Below the pieces are notes generated by a model. That model worked only from the letters and a program-made list of their open reading frames with translations. It made no database searches and was not told the origin of the DNA. A DNA stretch of 64,000 nt from NCBI GenBank assembly GCA_903889245.1, contig CAISWQ010000038.1:68763-132762 (forward strand), given 5' to 3'. This document shows, one piece after another, positions 47,286 to 57,131 of this stretch. The stretch's first letter is position 1. Every line of letters begins with the position of its first letter. A program made the position numbers and the translations under genes. Origin of the DNA: an uncultured Lentisphaerota bacterium (GTDB taxonomy: Bacteria; Verrucomicrobiota; Kiritimatiellia; CAIQIC01).

Positions 47286-50200
47286 GCCTGAAAAAAAACC
47301 TGTGTGGTATCGCGTGCCTGTCGCTGGTGTGTTCGGCGGCGGAGGTGCAACTGGAAAAGCTGCGCTGCGAATATCTGGAGAATCCGGCCGCCATCGCGGA
47401 ACCGCAGCCGCGCTTGAGCTGGTTGCTCAATGCGGACCAACGCGGCCAGCGTCAGACCGCGTGGCAGGTGCTGGTTGCCAGCAGCACGGAGTTGTTGCAA
47501 AAGGATACCGGCGATCTCTGGGACACGGGGCGCGTCGCGTCCGACCAGTCCATTCACGTGCGCTACGCCGGCAAGCCGCTGGCGTCGCGACAGCAGTGTT
47601 TCTGGAAGGTGCGCGTCTGGGATAAAGACAACAAGGCTTCGGACTGGAGCCAGCCGGCGGCGTGGGGCATGGGTCTGCTGCAACCCGGCGACTGGACCGG
47701 CAAGTGGATCGGCAAGTACGAGCCGGAGAGCGAAACACTGCTCGTGGGGCCGCAGTGGATTTGGTTCCCCGAACCCGGCCCGCCGCCGGGCAAGCGCTAT
47801 TTCCGGCGCGTCTTTGATCTGCCGGAGGGCCGCGCGGTCAAGTCGGCGCGCCTGCTGGTCGCGGCCGACAATCTTTCCACGATCCATCTCAACGAACTGC
47901 AGCTCGGCCAGGCCAATCACGCGACTGTGGCCGGCGCGTTCGATGTCGCGGAGCACCTCAAGCCCGGCCGCAATGTGCTGGCGGTGCTGGTGGATAACCT
48001 GGGCACCGGTCCCAATCCGGCGGGCCTGCTGGTGAAGCTGCAGGTGGAGTTTGCCAGCGGCGAGCCGCTGACGTTGCTGACCGACGGCACATGGAAAGCG
48101 GCGCAGCCCGAAACGGAAGGCTGGACGAAAGCGGATTTCAACGACAGCACGTGGACGGCCGCGAAGGTCCTCGGTCCGGCGGGTGGCCTGATCTGGGGCA
48201 AGGTGCGCGAGCCGGAAAACCGCCGCCTGCCCGCGCGCTGGCTGCGGAAGGAATTTCAGGTGATCCATCCGGTCCGTCGCGCGGTGGTTTCGTTCGCCGG
48301 CCTCGGCCTCTCGGAGCTGCATCTCAACGGCGGCAAGATCGGCGACGCGGTGCTCTCGCCGGGGCTGACGGAATATCCCAAGCGCGTCTTCTATGTGACG
48401 CACGATGTGACGGCACAGGTGCGGCAGGGCACGAACGCCATCGGCGTCGTGCTCGGCAACGGCCGCTATTTCGCGCCGCGCCTGTTCTCGCCGATGAAGA
48501 CGGCGACCTACGGCTGCCCGAAGCTGCTGCTCCAGATGCGCATCGAGTACGCGGATGGTGCCGCCGCCACCGAGCTGGTCAGCGATGAAACCTGGCGGCT
48601 GACGACGAGCGGGCCGATCCTCGCGAACAACGAATACGACGGCGAGGACTACGACGCGCGCTTGGAACTCGCCGGCTGGTCGCAGCCGGGCTTCGATGCG
48701 TCGGGCTGGTCGCCGCCGATGATCGCCGCCGCGCCGGGGGGCGTGCTGGCGCCGGAGCCGATTGCGCCGATTCGCGTCATCGAAACGCTCACGCCCCGCG
48801 CCGTGACGGAGCCGAAACCGGGCGTCTTCATCTTCGACATGGGCCAGAACATGGTCGGCTGGTGCCGCCTGCGCGTCCGCGGCCCGGCGGGGACGGAAAT
48901 CTCGCTGCGCCACTCGGAGACGCTGAAGCCCGATGGCACGCTCTATCTGGACAACATCCGCGACGCGAAGGTGACCGACCGGTACACGCTCAAGGGCGGC
49001 GGCGAGGAGACCTGGGAGCCGCGGTTCACCTATCACGGCTTCCGGTTCGTCGAGGTGCGCGGCTGGCCGGGCCGGCCGGCCGCCGCAGCGCTCGAGGGCC
49101 GCGTGGTACACGACGACCTGCCGCGCGCCGGCGGGTGGAGTTGCTCGCATCCGCTGCTGAATCGCATCTACTCAAATGTCCTGTGGGGTACGCGCGGCAA
49201 CTACCGCAGCATCCCCACCGATTGCCCGCAGCGCGACGAACGGCAGGGCTGGCTCGGCGACCGCTCCGCCGAGGCGCGCGGCGAGAGCTTCCTGTTCGAC
49301 ACGGCCGCATTCTACGCGAAGTGGCTGCAGGACATCGCCGACGCGCAGCGCGCCGATGGCGCGGTGCCGAATGTCGCGCCGCCCTACTGGCCGCTCTTCG
49401 AGGCGAACGTCACGTGGCCCAGCAGTTTCGTCATCATCCCCGGCCATCTGCTCGACCAGTACGGCGACACGGCCACCCTCGCGCGCCAGTGGCCGGCGCT
49501 GACGAAGTGGATGGCCTTCATCGGCGCCTCGATGACCAACGACCTCGTGATGCTGGACCGCTACGGCGACTGGTGCGTGCCGCCGGAGGATCTGCACGCG
49601 ATCCATTCGCTCGATCCCGCGCGTAAGACCGCGCCCGCGATTCTCGGCACGGCCTACTATTTCCACTGCTGCCGCCTGATGGAGCGCTACGCGACGGCGC
49701 TCGGCAAACCCGACGAGGCGCGCCAATACCGCGCGCGCGCCGACAAACTGAAGGCCGCCCTCAACCGCGACTTTTTCAAGCGCGACGCCGGCTATTACGA
49801 CAACGGCTCGCAGACCGCGTGTGTGCTGCCGCTGGCGCTGGACCTTGCGCCCGCCGACCAGCGCGCGCGCGTGATGGCGCGGCTGGTCGCGAAGATCGCC
49901 GACGAAAGCAGGAACCACGTCGGCACCGGGCTGATCGGCGGGCAGTGGCTGATGCGGACGCTGACGCGCAACGGCCGCGGCGACCTCGCCTACACGCTCG
50001 CCACGCAGGAAACCTATCCGAGTTGGGGCTATATGCTCGGCCGCGGCGCGACCACGATCTGGGAACTGTGGAACGGCGACACCGCGAACCCCGCGATGAA
50101 CTCCGGCAACCACGTCATGCTTATCGGCGACCTCGTCACGTGGTTCCACGAAGACCTCGCCGGCATCAAGTCCGACGAAGCGCAGCCCGGCTTCAAGCAC

Positions 50201-50512
50201 ATCCTGATGCGCCCGCAGCCGGTCGGCGCCCTGACGTGGGTGAGCGCCACGCACCGCTCGCCCTACGGCCTCATCGCCAGCGCGTGGCGGATCGAGGGCG
50301 GCCAGTTCCGCTGGCACATCACCGTGCCCGCGAACTCCGGCGCCACCGTGTGGCTGCCGGCCGCCGACGCCGCGGCCATCCGCGAAGGCAGCCAGCCGCT
50401 GGCGAAAGCCGTTGGGCTGAAGGTGCTCCGCACCGAGCCCGGCGCGGTCGTCTGCGAGGTGGCCTCCGGCAGCTATGACTTTGAACTTCCGTGGCAGGCG
50501 GTGGCGCGGTGA
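47282..50512 (+). CDS. GH78 alpha-L-rhamnosidase
   Basis: PRLSW, WEPRFTYHGFRFVE, TDCPQRDERQGWLGD, YGDWC, GATTIWELW, SGNHVM. Confidence 0.95.
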   Translation: MSLKKNLCGIACLSLVCSAAEVQLEKLRCEYLENPAAIAEPQPRLSWLLNADQRGQRQTAWQVLVASSTELLQKDTGDLWDTGRVASDQSIHVRYAGKPLASRQQCFWKVRVWDKDNKASDWSQPAAWGMGLLQPGDWTGKWIGKYEPESETLLVGPQWIWFPEPGPPPGKRYFRRVFDLPEGRAVKSARLLVAADNLSTIHLNELQLGQANHATVAGAFDVAEHLKPGRNVLAVLVDNLGTGPNPAGLLVKLQVEFASGEPLTLLTDGTWKAAQPETEGWTKADFNDSTWTAAKVLGPAGGLIWGKVREPENRRLPARWLRKEFQVIHPVRRAVVSFAGLGLSELHLNGGKIGDAVLSPGLTEYPKRVFYVTHDVTAQVRQGTNAIGVVLGNGRYFAPRLFSPMKTATYGCPKLLLQMRIEYADGAAATELVSDETWRLTTSGPILANNEYDGEDYDARLELAGWSQPGFDASGWSPPMIAAAPGGVLAPEPIAPIRVIETLTPRAVTEPKPGVFIFDMGQNMVGWCRLRVRGPAGTEISLRHSETLKPDGTLYLDNIRDAKVTDRYTLKGGGEETWEPRFTYHGFRFVEVRGWPGRPAAAALEGRVVHDDLPRAGGWSCSHPLLNRIYSNVLWGTRGNYRSIPTDCPQRDERQGWLGDRSAEARGESFLFDTAAFYAKWLQDIADAQRADGAVPNVAPPYWPLFEANVTWPSSFVIIPGHLLDQYGDTATLARQWPALTKWMAFIGASMTNDLVMLDRYGDWCVPPEDLHAIHSLDPARKTAPAILGTAYYFHCCRLMERYATALGKPDEARQYRARADKLKAALNRDFFKRDAGYYDNGSQTACVLPLALDLAPADQRARVMARLVAKIADESRNHVGTGLIGGQWLMRTLTRNGRGDLAYTLATQETYPSWGYMLGRGATTIWELWNGDTANPAMNSGNHVMLIGDLVTWFHEDLAGIKSDEAQPGFKHILMRPQPVGALTWVSATHRSPYGLIASAWRIEGGQFRWHITVPANSGATVWLPAADAAAIREGSQPLAKAVGLKVLRTEPGAVVCEVASGSYDFELPWQAVAR

Positions 50513-50517
50513 TTGGA

Positions 50518-50567
50518 TTTTTCCAAGGGTTGGAAAACGAAACACGAATTTTTCCAAGCCTTGGAAA
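50518..50567. repeat. TTCCAA-N3-TTGGAA doublet at a gene junction
   Basis: Cores at 50521 and 50552 (31 bp apart). Confidence 0.9.
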
Positions 50568-50592
50568 CGGAGAGCAAGGGAAGGTGGCGAAC

Positions 50593-51726
50593 ATGAACAG
50601 TCGGGAACGGGTCTTGAGCGCGTTCGAGCGGCGCGGCTATGACCGCCTGCCGGTGAAGCACGAGGGCACGCCGGAGATCAACCGGATGCTGATGGAGCAC
50701 TTCGGCCTCGTCAATCAGGAGCAGCTGCTGCTGATGCTCGGCGATGATTTCCGCTACGTGGAGCCGCCCTACATCGGTCCGGAGCTGCGCACGTTCCCCG
50801 ATGGCAGCGTCGAGGGCTACTGGGGCGAGCACTACCGCTACGCCGAGTTCGCGGGCGGGCGCTACCTCGAGTCCTGCCATCAGCCGTTCGCCGGCGTCGA
50901 GCGGCTGGAGGACCTCGACCGCTCGCATTTCCCCTCGGCCGACTGGTTCGACTACTCGACGGTCCGCGCGCAGTGCGCCGCGCTGCGGCAGCGCGGCTTC
51001 GCCGTCTGCTTCGGCACGGCGGGCGACATGGATTTCATCAACAGCATCGCCCGCGCGCGCGGCACCGAACAGGTGCTGATCGATCTGGTCACCGATGATC
51101 CCGTCTATCTGGAGATCATGGAGGCGCGCTTCCGTTTCTATTTCGAGATGCACCGGCGCGTGCTGGAGGCGGCGGGCGGGCTGGTGGATTTCACGCACAT
51201 CGGCGAGGACCTTGGCACGCAGACGGCGCAGGTCATCAGCCACGAGGTTTTCGAGAAGCATTTCGCGCCGAAGTTCGGCGCCTACTTCGCGATGGTCCAC
51301 GCTCACGGCGCGCGCACGATGATGCACATGTGCGGCTGCTCGGCGGCCTTCCTGCCGCGGCTGATCGAGCTCGGGCTGGATGTCTATGACGTGGTCCAGC
51401 CCACCACGCCACAGACGGACATCGCCGTGCTGCAGCAGAAATTCGGCGACCGGCTGACCTTCTGCGGTAGCGTCTGCGTGCAGACGACGCTGGCGTTCGG
51501 CACGCCCGCGCAGGCCGCGGCCGAGGTCCGGCGGCGCCAGCACCTGTTCCCCAAGGGCGGCCTGTTCCTCGGCCCGACGCACGCGATCCAGGTCGGCTCG
51601 CCGCTGGAGAACATCCTGGCTCTCTATCGCACGGCGGGCAGCCTGCGGGAGACGGTGGATGAGGCCGTCCGCGCCGCCGGCGGCGCGGCGGCGGAAACCA
51701 AGGTCAACATGTCGAAGCTGTTTTAG
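50593..51726 (+). CDS. Uroporphyrinogen decarboxylase/MtaA-CmuA superfamily protein (in-frame upstream GTG at 50509)
   Basis: MNSRERV..AF....DRLPV, GEDLGTQ, MHMCG, GGLFLGPTHAIQ..SPLENI. Confidence 0.85.
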   Translation: MNSRERVLSAFERRGYDRLPVKHEGTPEINRMLMEHFGLVNQEQLLLMLGDDFRYVEPPYIGPELRTFPDGSVEGYWGEHYRYAEFAGGRYLESCHQPFAGVERLEDLDRSHFPSADWFDYSTVRAQCAALRQRGFAVCFGTAGDMDFINSIARARGTEQVLIDLVTDDPVYLEIMEARFRFYFEMHRRVLEAAGGLVDFTHIGEDLGTQTAQVISHEVFEKHFAPKFGAYFAMVHAHGARTMMHMCGCSAAFLPRLIELGLDVYDVVQPTTPQTDIAVLQQKFGDRLTFCGSVCVQTTLAFGTPAQAAAEVRRRQHLFPKGGLFLGPTHAIQVGSPLENILALYRTAGSLRETVDEAVRAAGGAAAETKVNMSKLF

Positions 51727-51743
51727 AAAAACTGGAGCGCACC

Positions 51744-53387
51744 ATGATGGCAACCTCGCGACGCGACTTCCTGAAATTGGCCGGCCTCGGCGCGCTGGCT
51801 TTTCCAAGCCTTGGAAAAACTGCCCCCGCCGGTTTCCAACCCTTGGAAAAGTCGCGCCCCAACTTTCTCATCATCCTCGCCGACGACATGGGGTTCTCGG
51901 ACGCGGGCTGCTACGGCAGTGACATCCGCACGCCGCACCTCGACCAACTCGCCGCGCGCGGGTTGCGGTTCACGCAGTTCTATAACACCGGCCGCTGCTG
52001 GCCGACGCGCAGCGCGCTGATCACCGGCTACTACCCGCAGCAGATTCACATGGACCCGCCGCGCGGCCGGCTGCCGCCGTGGACGCGTACGCTGGCACAT
52101 CGCCTCAAGCCGCTCGGCTACCGCAGCTATCACTCCGGCAAGTGGCACGTGAACGGCGCGCCGCGCCCCGTGGCCGAGGGCGGGTTCGAACACTCCTACG
52201 ACCTGGAAGACCACGACCGGAATTTCAATCCGCAGAAAATTTTGCAGGACGACCAGCCGCTGCCGCCGGTGGCGAAGGGCAGCGGTTATTACACGACCAC
52301 GGCGTTCTGTGACCACGCGATCAAATGCCTGAAGGAGCACGCGGAAAAATATTCTGCGCAGCCGTTCTTCTCTTATCTCGCGTTCACGGTGCCGCATTTC
52401 CCGTTGCAGGCGCCGCCGGAAGACATCGCGCGCTACCGTGACCGTTACCTCATGGGCTGGGACAAGGTGCGCGAGGAGCGCTGGCAGAAATTGCGGGAGC
52501 TGAAGATCGTCGCTTGCGGCCTCGCGCCGCTGGAGCCGGGTTTTGCGCCGCGCTACTTCAAGCCGGATGTGCTCGCCAAGCTGGGACCCGGCGAGTCGAA
52601 GCACGCGGTGCCATGGGTGCAGCTGACGGACGAGCAGAAGCAGTATCAGGCGACGAAGATGGCGATCCACGCCGCGATGATCGACCGCATGGATGCCGAG
52701 ATCGGCCGCGTGCTTGCGCAGGTGCGCGCGATGGGCGCCTGGGAGAACACGGTCATCTTCTTCCTTTCCGATAACGGCACCGATGCGACGCTGCTCGTGC
52801 GCGGCGATGGCCACGACCGCGCGGCGGCGCCCGGCTCGGCGGGCTCGTTCCTCTGCCTCGGCCCCGGCTGGTCGAGCGCGGGCAATGCGCCGTTCCGCCG
52901 CCACAAGGTTTGGACGCACGAGGGCGGCATCTCGACGCCGCTGATCGTACACTGGCCCAAGGGCATTGCCGCGCAGGGCGAGCTGCGGCGCGACGTGGGG
53001 CACGTCACTGATTTCGTACCGACGCTGCTCGAGCTTGCTGGCGATACGGCCGCGCCGGCGGCGGGCGCGCCACCGCTGCCGGGCCGGAGTCTCGTCCCGG
53101 CGTTTGGCAGGGACGGCAGCGTGACGCGCGACGAGGTCTTCTTCCATCACGAGGGCAATCGCGCGCTCCGGCAGGGCAACTTCAAGCTTGTCTCGGCGTG
53201 CGAAGACCACAATGAATGGGAACTATTCGATCTGGCGGGCGACCGGTGCGAGCAGCGCAATCTCGCCGCTGCGCAGCCGGAGCGGGTCCGCGCCATGGCC
53301 GCGCGCTGGCAGCAGCTGCAGGAGCAGTTCACGCGCGACGCCGGTCCGGATCTGCCGTTTGCGAAGAAGACCAGAAACGATGATTGA
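51744..53387 (+). CDS. Tat-exported arylsulfatase
   Basis: SRRDFLK; PNFLIILADDMGFSD, CWPTRSALITG, GKWH, SDNG, HEGGISTP. Confidence 0.95.
   Translation: MMATSRRDFLKLAGLGALAFPSLGKTAPAGFQPLEKSRPNFLIILADDMGFSDAGCYGSDIRTPHLDQLAARGLRFTQFYNTGRCWPTRSALITGYYPQQIHMDPPRGRLPPWTRTLAHRLKPLGYRSYHSGKWHVNGAPRPVAEGGFEHSYDLEDHDRNFNPQKILQDDQPLPPVAKGSGYYTTTAFCDHAIKCLKEHAEKYSAQPFFSYLAFTVPHFPLQAPPEDIARYRDRYLMGWDKVREERWQKLRELKIVACGLAPLEPGFAPRYFKPDVLAKLGPGESKHAVPWVQLTDEQKQYQATKMAIHAAMIDRMDAEIGRVLAQVRAMGAWENTVIFFLSDNGTDATLLVRGDGHDRAAAPGSAGSFLCLGPGWSSAGNAPFRRHKVWTHEGGISTPLIVHWPKGIAAQGELRRDVGHVTDFVPTLLELAGDTAAPAAGAPPLPGRSLVPAFGRDGSVTRDEVFFHHEGNRALRQGNFKLVSACEDHNEWELFDLAGDRCEQRNLAAAQPERVRAMAARWQQLQEQFTRDAGPDLPFAKKTRNDD
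51800..51850. repeat. TTCCAA-N3-TTGGAA doublet encoded in a Tat signal/linker
   Basis: Cores at 51802 and 51834 (32 bp apart); translates FPSLGKTAPAGFQPLEK. Confidence 0.92.
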
Positions 53388-53400
53388 GAGGAGCAGGCGC

Positions 53401-53705
53401 ATGAAAAAAACAATCTGGCTTGCGGGTCTGATGACGCTGGCGGCGGCGGCGCGACTTGGGCGAAAGCCGAGTATCAATCCATCCACGGAGTCATCAAATG
53501 CGACTGGAAGATCGAGGCGGGCAGATTCACGCTCCGCGCCACCGTGCCGCCGAACACCACCGCGACCATTCGCGTGCCCACGACCGCTGCGGCGAAAATC
53601 ACTGAAGGCGGCAAGCCTGTGTCGCCCGCAAGCACCACGTCTGACTGCGCGGTGTTCGAGGTCGGCTCGGGCAGCTTTGAATTCGTCTCGCCATTCAGCC
53701 GGTGA
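53401..53705 (+). pseudogene. Internally deleted GH78 remnant: signal peptide joined out of frame to the rhamnosidase C-terminal domain
   Basis: RBS GAGGAG and MKKTIWLAGLMTLAAAA; from 53454 another frame reads TWAKAEYQSIHGVIKCDWKIEAGRFTLRATVPPNTTATIRVP...FEVGSGSFEF*. Confidence 0.8.
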
Positions 53706-53746
53706 AAAAATCGCCGACCATGACATGGATATCAAAAGATAGAACG

Positions 53747-56700
53747 ATGAAAAGTTATTGCACGGCTGCACTCACCTTCCTTCTGCTCGGCTTCCAACTC
53801 ATTGCAGCCGTCAATCCTCGCGGCGGTTCTTGTGCTCCTTTCGATCTGACCACCGAGATGCAGGCGACTCCGCTGGGCATTGACCTCGACCAGGTCCGGG
53901 CGTCCTGGAAGATGCCGGTGCGGCTGGATGCCAAAGGGGCGGTTACACGCGACCAGCGGCAAACGGCCTATCAAATCCGCGTCGCCGCTTCGGCGCAGGC
54001 GCTGGAGAAAAGTCCGGCGGAACTGCTGTGGGACTCGGGCCGCATCGAGTCGAACGCCAGCCAGCTGGTGGCGCTGCCCGTGAAGCTTGATTCATTCCGG
54101 CGCTATTTTTGGACTGTCCGCGTTTGGGATGAGAACCAGCGCCCCGGCGATTATGCGCCGGCGACCTGGTTTGAAACCGGCGCGATCCGTCCCGCCGACT
54201 GGCAGCTTGGCGCTGCCTGCAAATGGATTCAGTCGCCGCTGACGCCGGTGGAAGACGAGAAGTTCCGCACATGGGCGAAGTTCGCCATCTTTCCGCTCCA
54301 GCCGCAGCTCGACAGATCGTGGACGATGTCGCCCGAAGACCTCGCCAAAGCGGACAAGGAATATTACGAACTGTTCCGCGACACGGCCTGGCCGGCGTCC
54401 CTGTTCCGGCGCGAGTTCGCGATCAGGAGTCCGCTGGTCCGGGCCAGACTCTACATTTCGGGGCTGGGCTATTACCGCGCGTTCTTGAACGGCCAAAAGC
54501 TGGGCGAGCGGGATTTAGCTCCCAGCGATTCGCATTTCGGGGTCAAGGTGAACTACCAGGTTTTCGATCTCACCTCGCAGTTGAACAGCGGCACGAACTG
54601 TCTGGGCGTGGAGGCGGTGACGGGTCGGCTGCGGGCCTGGCTGGGGCACACGCCGGAGCAATACCACGACCGCCCGGTGTTGCTGGCGCGGCTGGCGCTG
54701 GAGTATGCCGACGGATCGCAGGAAATCATTTCGTCCGACGAGTCGTGGCAATGTGGCGGCGGCGGGATTGAGCGGCAGAAGTTCTGGTGCGGCGAACTCT
54801 TCGACGCCAACACCGAACCGGTGGGTTGGAAACTGTCCGGCTTTGACGCGCGTGGCTGGGTCGCCGCCGAGGCAGCGAAACCCACACAGCCGCTGGGAGA
54901 ATTGCGATGGGATGCCATGCCGCCCGAGAAAATCGTCGAGCAAGGTCATCCGCTGAAGCGGACGAATCCTATGCCGGGAGTCTGGGTTTACGATTTCGGC
55001 AAACAATTGGCTGGCCGCGTGCGGCTGCACTTCAAGAATCTGCAAAAAGGCCAGACAGTGATTGTGCGTTATGCCGAGGCGATTGGCGGACAGGCCGAAG
55101 GGGTGCAACACAGCCTGGCCTACTACGATGGTTTTGGGAACACCGCACAGAAGCCGGGTACGCTCAAGTTCAAGCGCCGCGGCAGCGATGGCGCGTTCCG
55201 TTGGGCGGACGTCACCTTGCCCGGTGGAATAAAGCAAAGAGTGAATCAATGTTTCGGCGGACTGGCTTACACGGATATGTTTGTCTCCGCCGGCAAACCA
55301 GAGGAAGTTTGGTCGCCGTCGTTCACCTACACCGGCTTTCGTTATATCGAGGTGCTGGGGCTGCAAACGCCGCTGGAACTCGAAGCGGTGGACGGGTTCA
55401 ACCTGATCACCGTCTCGCCGCGCGTCGGCGACCTGACCACGGATAACACCAAGCTGAACCGCGTGCTGAAGGCGGTTCAGGACACGCTGGAGCTGAATTA
55501 CCATTCCCAGTTGCAGGACAACAACGGCGCTGAGCGCGGGCCGAACAGCGAGATGCCTGCGTTGAACAATCTCAACGTTGCCTACTGGCTGGGTCATCAC
55601 GCCCTCTTGAGCAAGCTGCTGGATGACAACATCAGGATGAGCGAGAAAACCCGCTGGCCGATCACTTTCGGTTGCGGCGCGCGGGCCACCACCGCCAACG
55701 CGCAGAATCACCACATTCTGCTTATAGACATGGATCATTACGGCCAGACGCCATCGGACTTGATGGCGTTCTATGGCGACCAGCGTTTGCTCGAACCGTT
55801 CATTCCGTGGATGAAAACTTTCATCCGGGAGGTGACCGAATACACCATCTGGAACCGGGTCACCCATTACGGCGATCACATCGCGTTGAGCGCGCAGGTG
55901 GATGTGCCGGAGCTGCGCGGCGAATACAAGACCCTTCCGGAAATGTTCGCGCAATGCGACGTGGCGATGCGCATCGGCCACCGGATGACGGACTTGCTGC
56001 AAGCGGTCGGGCGGCAATCGGAAGCCAAGGAAATCCAAGGCATCATGGATCGTTTCCAGCAGGATTGCTCCAGCCGTTTCTTCGATGCCCAGACTGGCGC
56101 GTGGTTGCCGATGCTTTACACCCGCCAGCAGTTGAACGCGGCCTTGGACGACGGCGGTTTCGAGCCACGTCCGTCGCGTGAGACGATGGCGAAAGAGATT
56201 GTGGAAGAATTCAAAACCAAGACCAAAGGCCACCTGATCACCGGCTCGCGGTTGAGCGATCCCATGCTGCACCTGCTCAGTCAGGGCGGCCAGGCCGACA
56301 CCGCCTGCGACATCCTGCTCCGCGAAGAATTTCCGAGCATCCTGAACATGATCAGCGGAACGGGCAACACAATCCGCGAAAGCTGGGGCGAAAACGACGC
56401 CTTCTCCCAGATCGAAGGCGTCACCGCGATGGGCAACTGGTTCTATCGTGACCTGGTGGGAATCGCCCCCGACCTCCGCCAGCCGGCGTTTGCGCACTTT
56501 GTGCTGCGGCCCATCCTGCCGCGTCAGTTGAACTCGGTGAAGTTCAGCTACGAAAGTCCGCGCGGTTTGATCCAGAGCCGGATGCTCCGCCAGAAAAAAC
56601 GTTTGCAGTGGGACGTGACCGTGCCGCCCAACACCACCGCCACCGTCTCGTTTCCCGCCGCCGCGCTCAACCAGATCACGGAGTCTGGCAAGCCGGTGCT

Positions 56701-56794
56701 GAAGGTCAGCGGGGTCGCTGCCGCCGCAGACACCAATGGGCAGCCGTCGGTGCAGCTCGGATCGGGAACTTACCACTTTGAAATGCCGCAATGA
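53747..56794 (+). CDS. Divergent GH78-family glycoside hydrolase
   Basis: QTAYQIRV, LWDSGRI, LYISGLGYY, WSPSFTYTGFRYIE, TVPPNTTA; catalytic loop reads QDNNGAERGP. Confidence 0.85.
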   Translation: MKSYCTAALTFLLLGFQLIAAVNPRGGSCAPFDLTTEMQATPLGIDLDQVRASWKMPVRLDAKGAVTRDQRQTAYQIRVAASAQALEKSPAELLWDSGRIESNASQLVALPVKLDSFRRYFWTVRVWDENQRPGDYAPATWFETGAIRPADWQLGAACKWIQSPLTPVEDEKFRTWAKFAIFPLQPQLDRSWTMSPEDLAKADKEYYELFRDTAWPASLFRREFAIRSPLVRARLYISGLGYYRAFLNGQKLGERDLAPSDSHFGVKVNYQVFDLTSQLNSGTNCLGVEAVTGRLRAWLGHTPEQYHDRPVLLARLALEYADGSQEIISSDESWQCGGGGIERQKFWCGELFDANTEPVGWKLSGFDARGWVAAEAAKPTQPLGELRWDAMPPEKIVEQGHPLKRTNPMPGVWVYDFGKQLAGRVRLHFKNLQKGQTVIVRYAEAIGGQAEGVQHSLAYYDGFGNTAQKPGTLKFKRRGSDGAFRWADVTLPGGIKQRVNQCFGGLAYTDMFVSAGKPEEVWSPSFTYTGFRYIEVLGLQTPLELEAVDGFNLITVSPRVGDLTTDNTKLNRVLKAVQDTLELNYHSQLQDNNGAERGPNSEMPALNNLNVAYWLGHHALLSKLLDDNIRMSEKTRWPITFGCGARATTANAQNHHILLIDMDHYGQTPSDLMAFYGDQRLLEPFIPWMKTFIREVTEYTIWNRVTHYGDHIALSAQVDVPELRGEYKTLPEMFAQCDVAMRIGHRMTDLLQAVGRQSEAKEIQGIMDRFQQDCSSRFFDAQTGAWLPMLYTRQQLNAALDDGGFEPRPSRETMAKEIVEEFKTKTKGHLITGSRLSDPMLHLLSQGGQADTACDILLREEFPSILNMISGTGNTIRESWGENDAFSQIEGVTAMGNWFYRDLVGIAPDLRQPAFAHFVLRPILPRQLNSVKFSYESPRGLIQSRMLRQKKRLQWDVTVPPNTTATVSFPAAALNQITESGKPVLKVSGVAAAADTNGQPSVQLGSGTYHFEMPQ

Positions 56795-57131
56795 ATCCAA
56801 CTATCCAACGCCTTTCAGCCGCCGTTCCCCGGGGCAGAGTTCTGTCTTCGCCGGCGCAACTGGCCGGCTGCGACACCGACGGGCTCGGCTACAAAAGCTT
56901 TCGGCCCGACGAGGTGGTGATTCCGGCGGACGCGGAAAAGTTAATTGCAGCTGTGGGCGCGGCGCGCATGGCTACATCCCCACGGCGAAGGCCTTCGCCG
57001 GCGGCAGCTACGAAACGTGGTTCGGCGAGCACTCCTACCTCATCACGCGCGCCGGCGAGATCACCGAGAGGGAAGCGTTGGACATCCTGGAGCGTTTGAA
57101 AGGCGCGGCGCAAAACAAAACCCGACGATGA
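56791..57131 (+). pseudogene. Chimeric deletion scar: N-terminus of a GlcD-like FAD-linked oxidase fused out of frame to the 3' end of a ceramidase-like gene
   Basis: MNPTIQRL...VLSSPAQLAGCDTDGLGYKSFRPDEVVIP; 56961-57100 closely matches 59386-59525 (GAHGYIPTAKAFAGGSYETWFGEHSYL). Confidence 0.75.
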
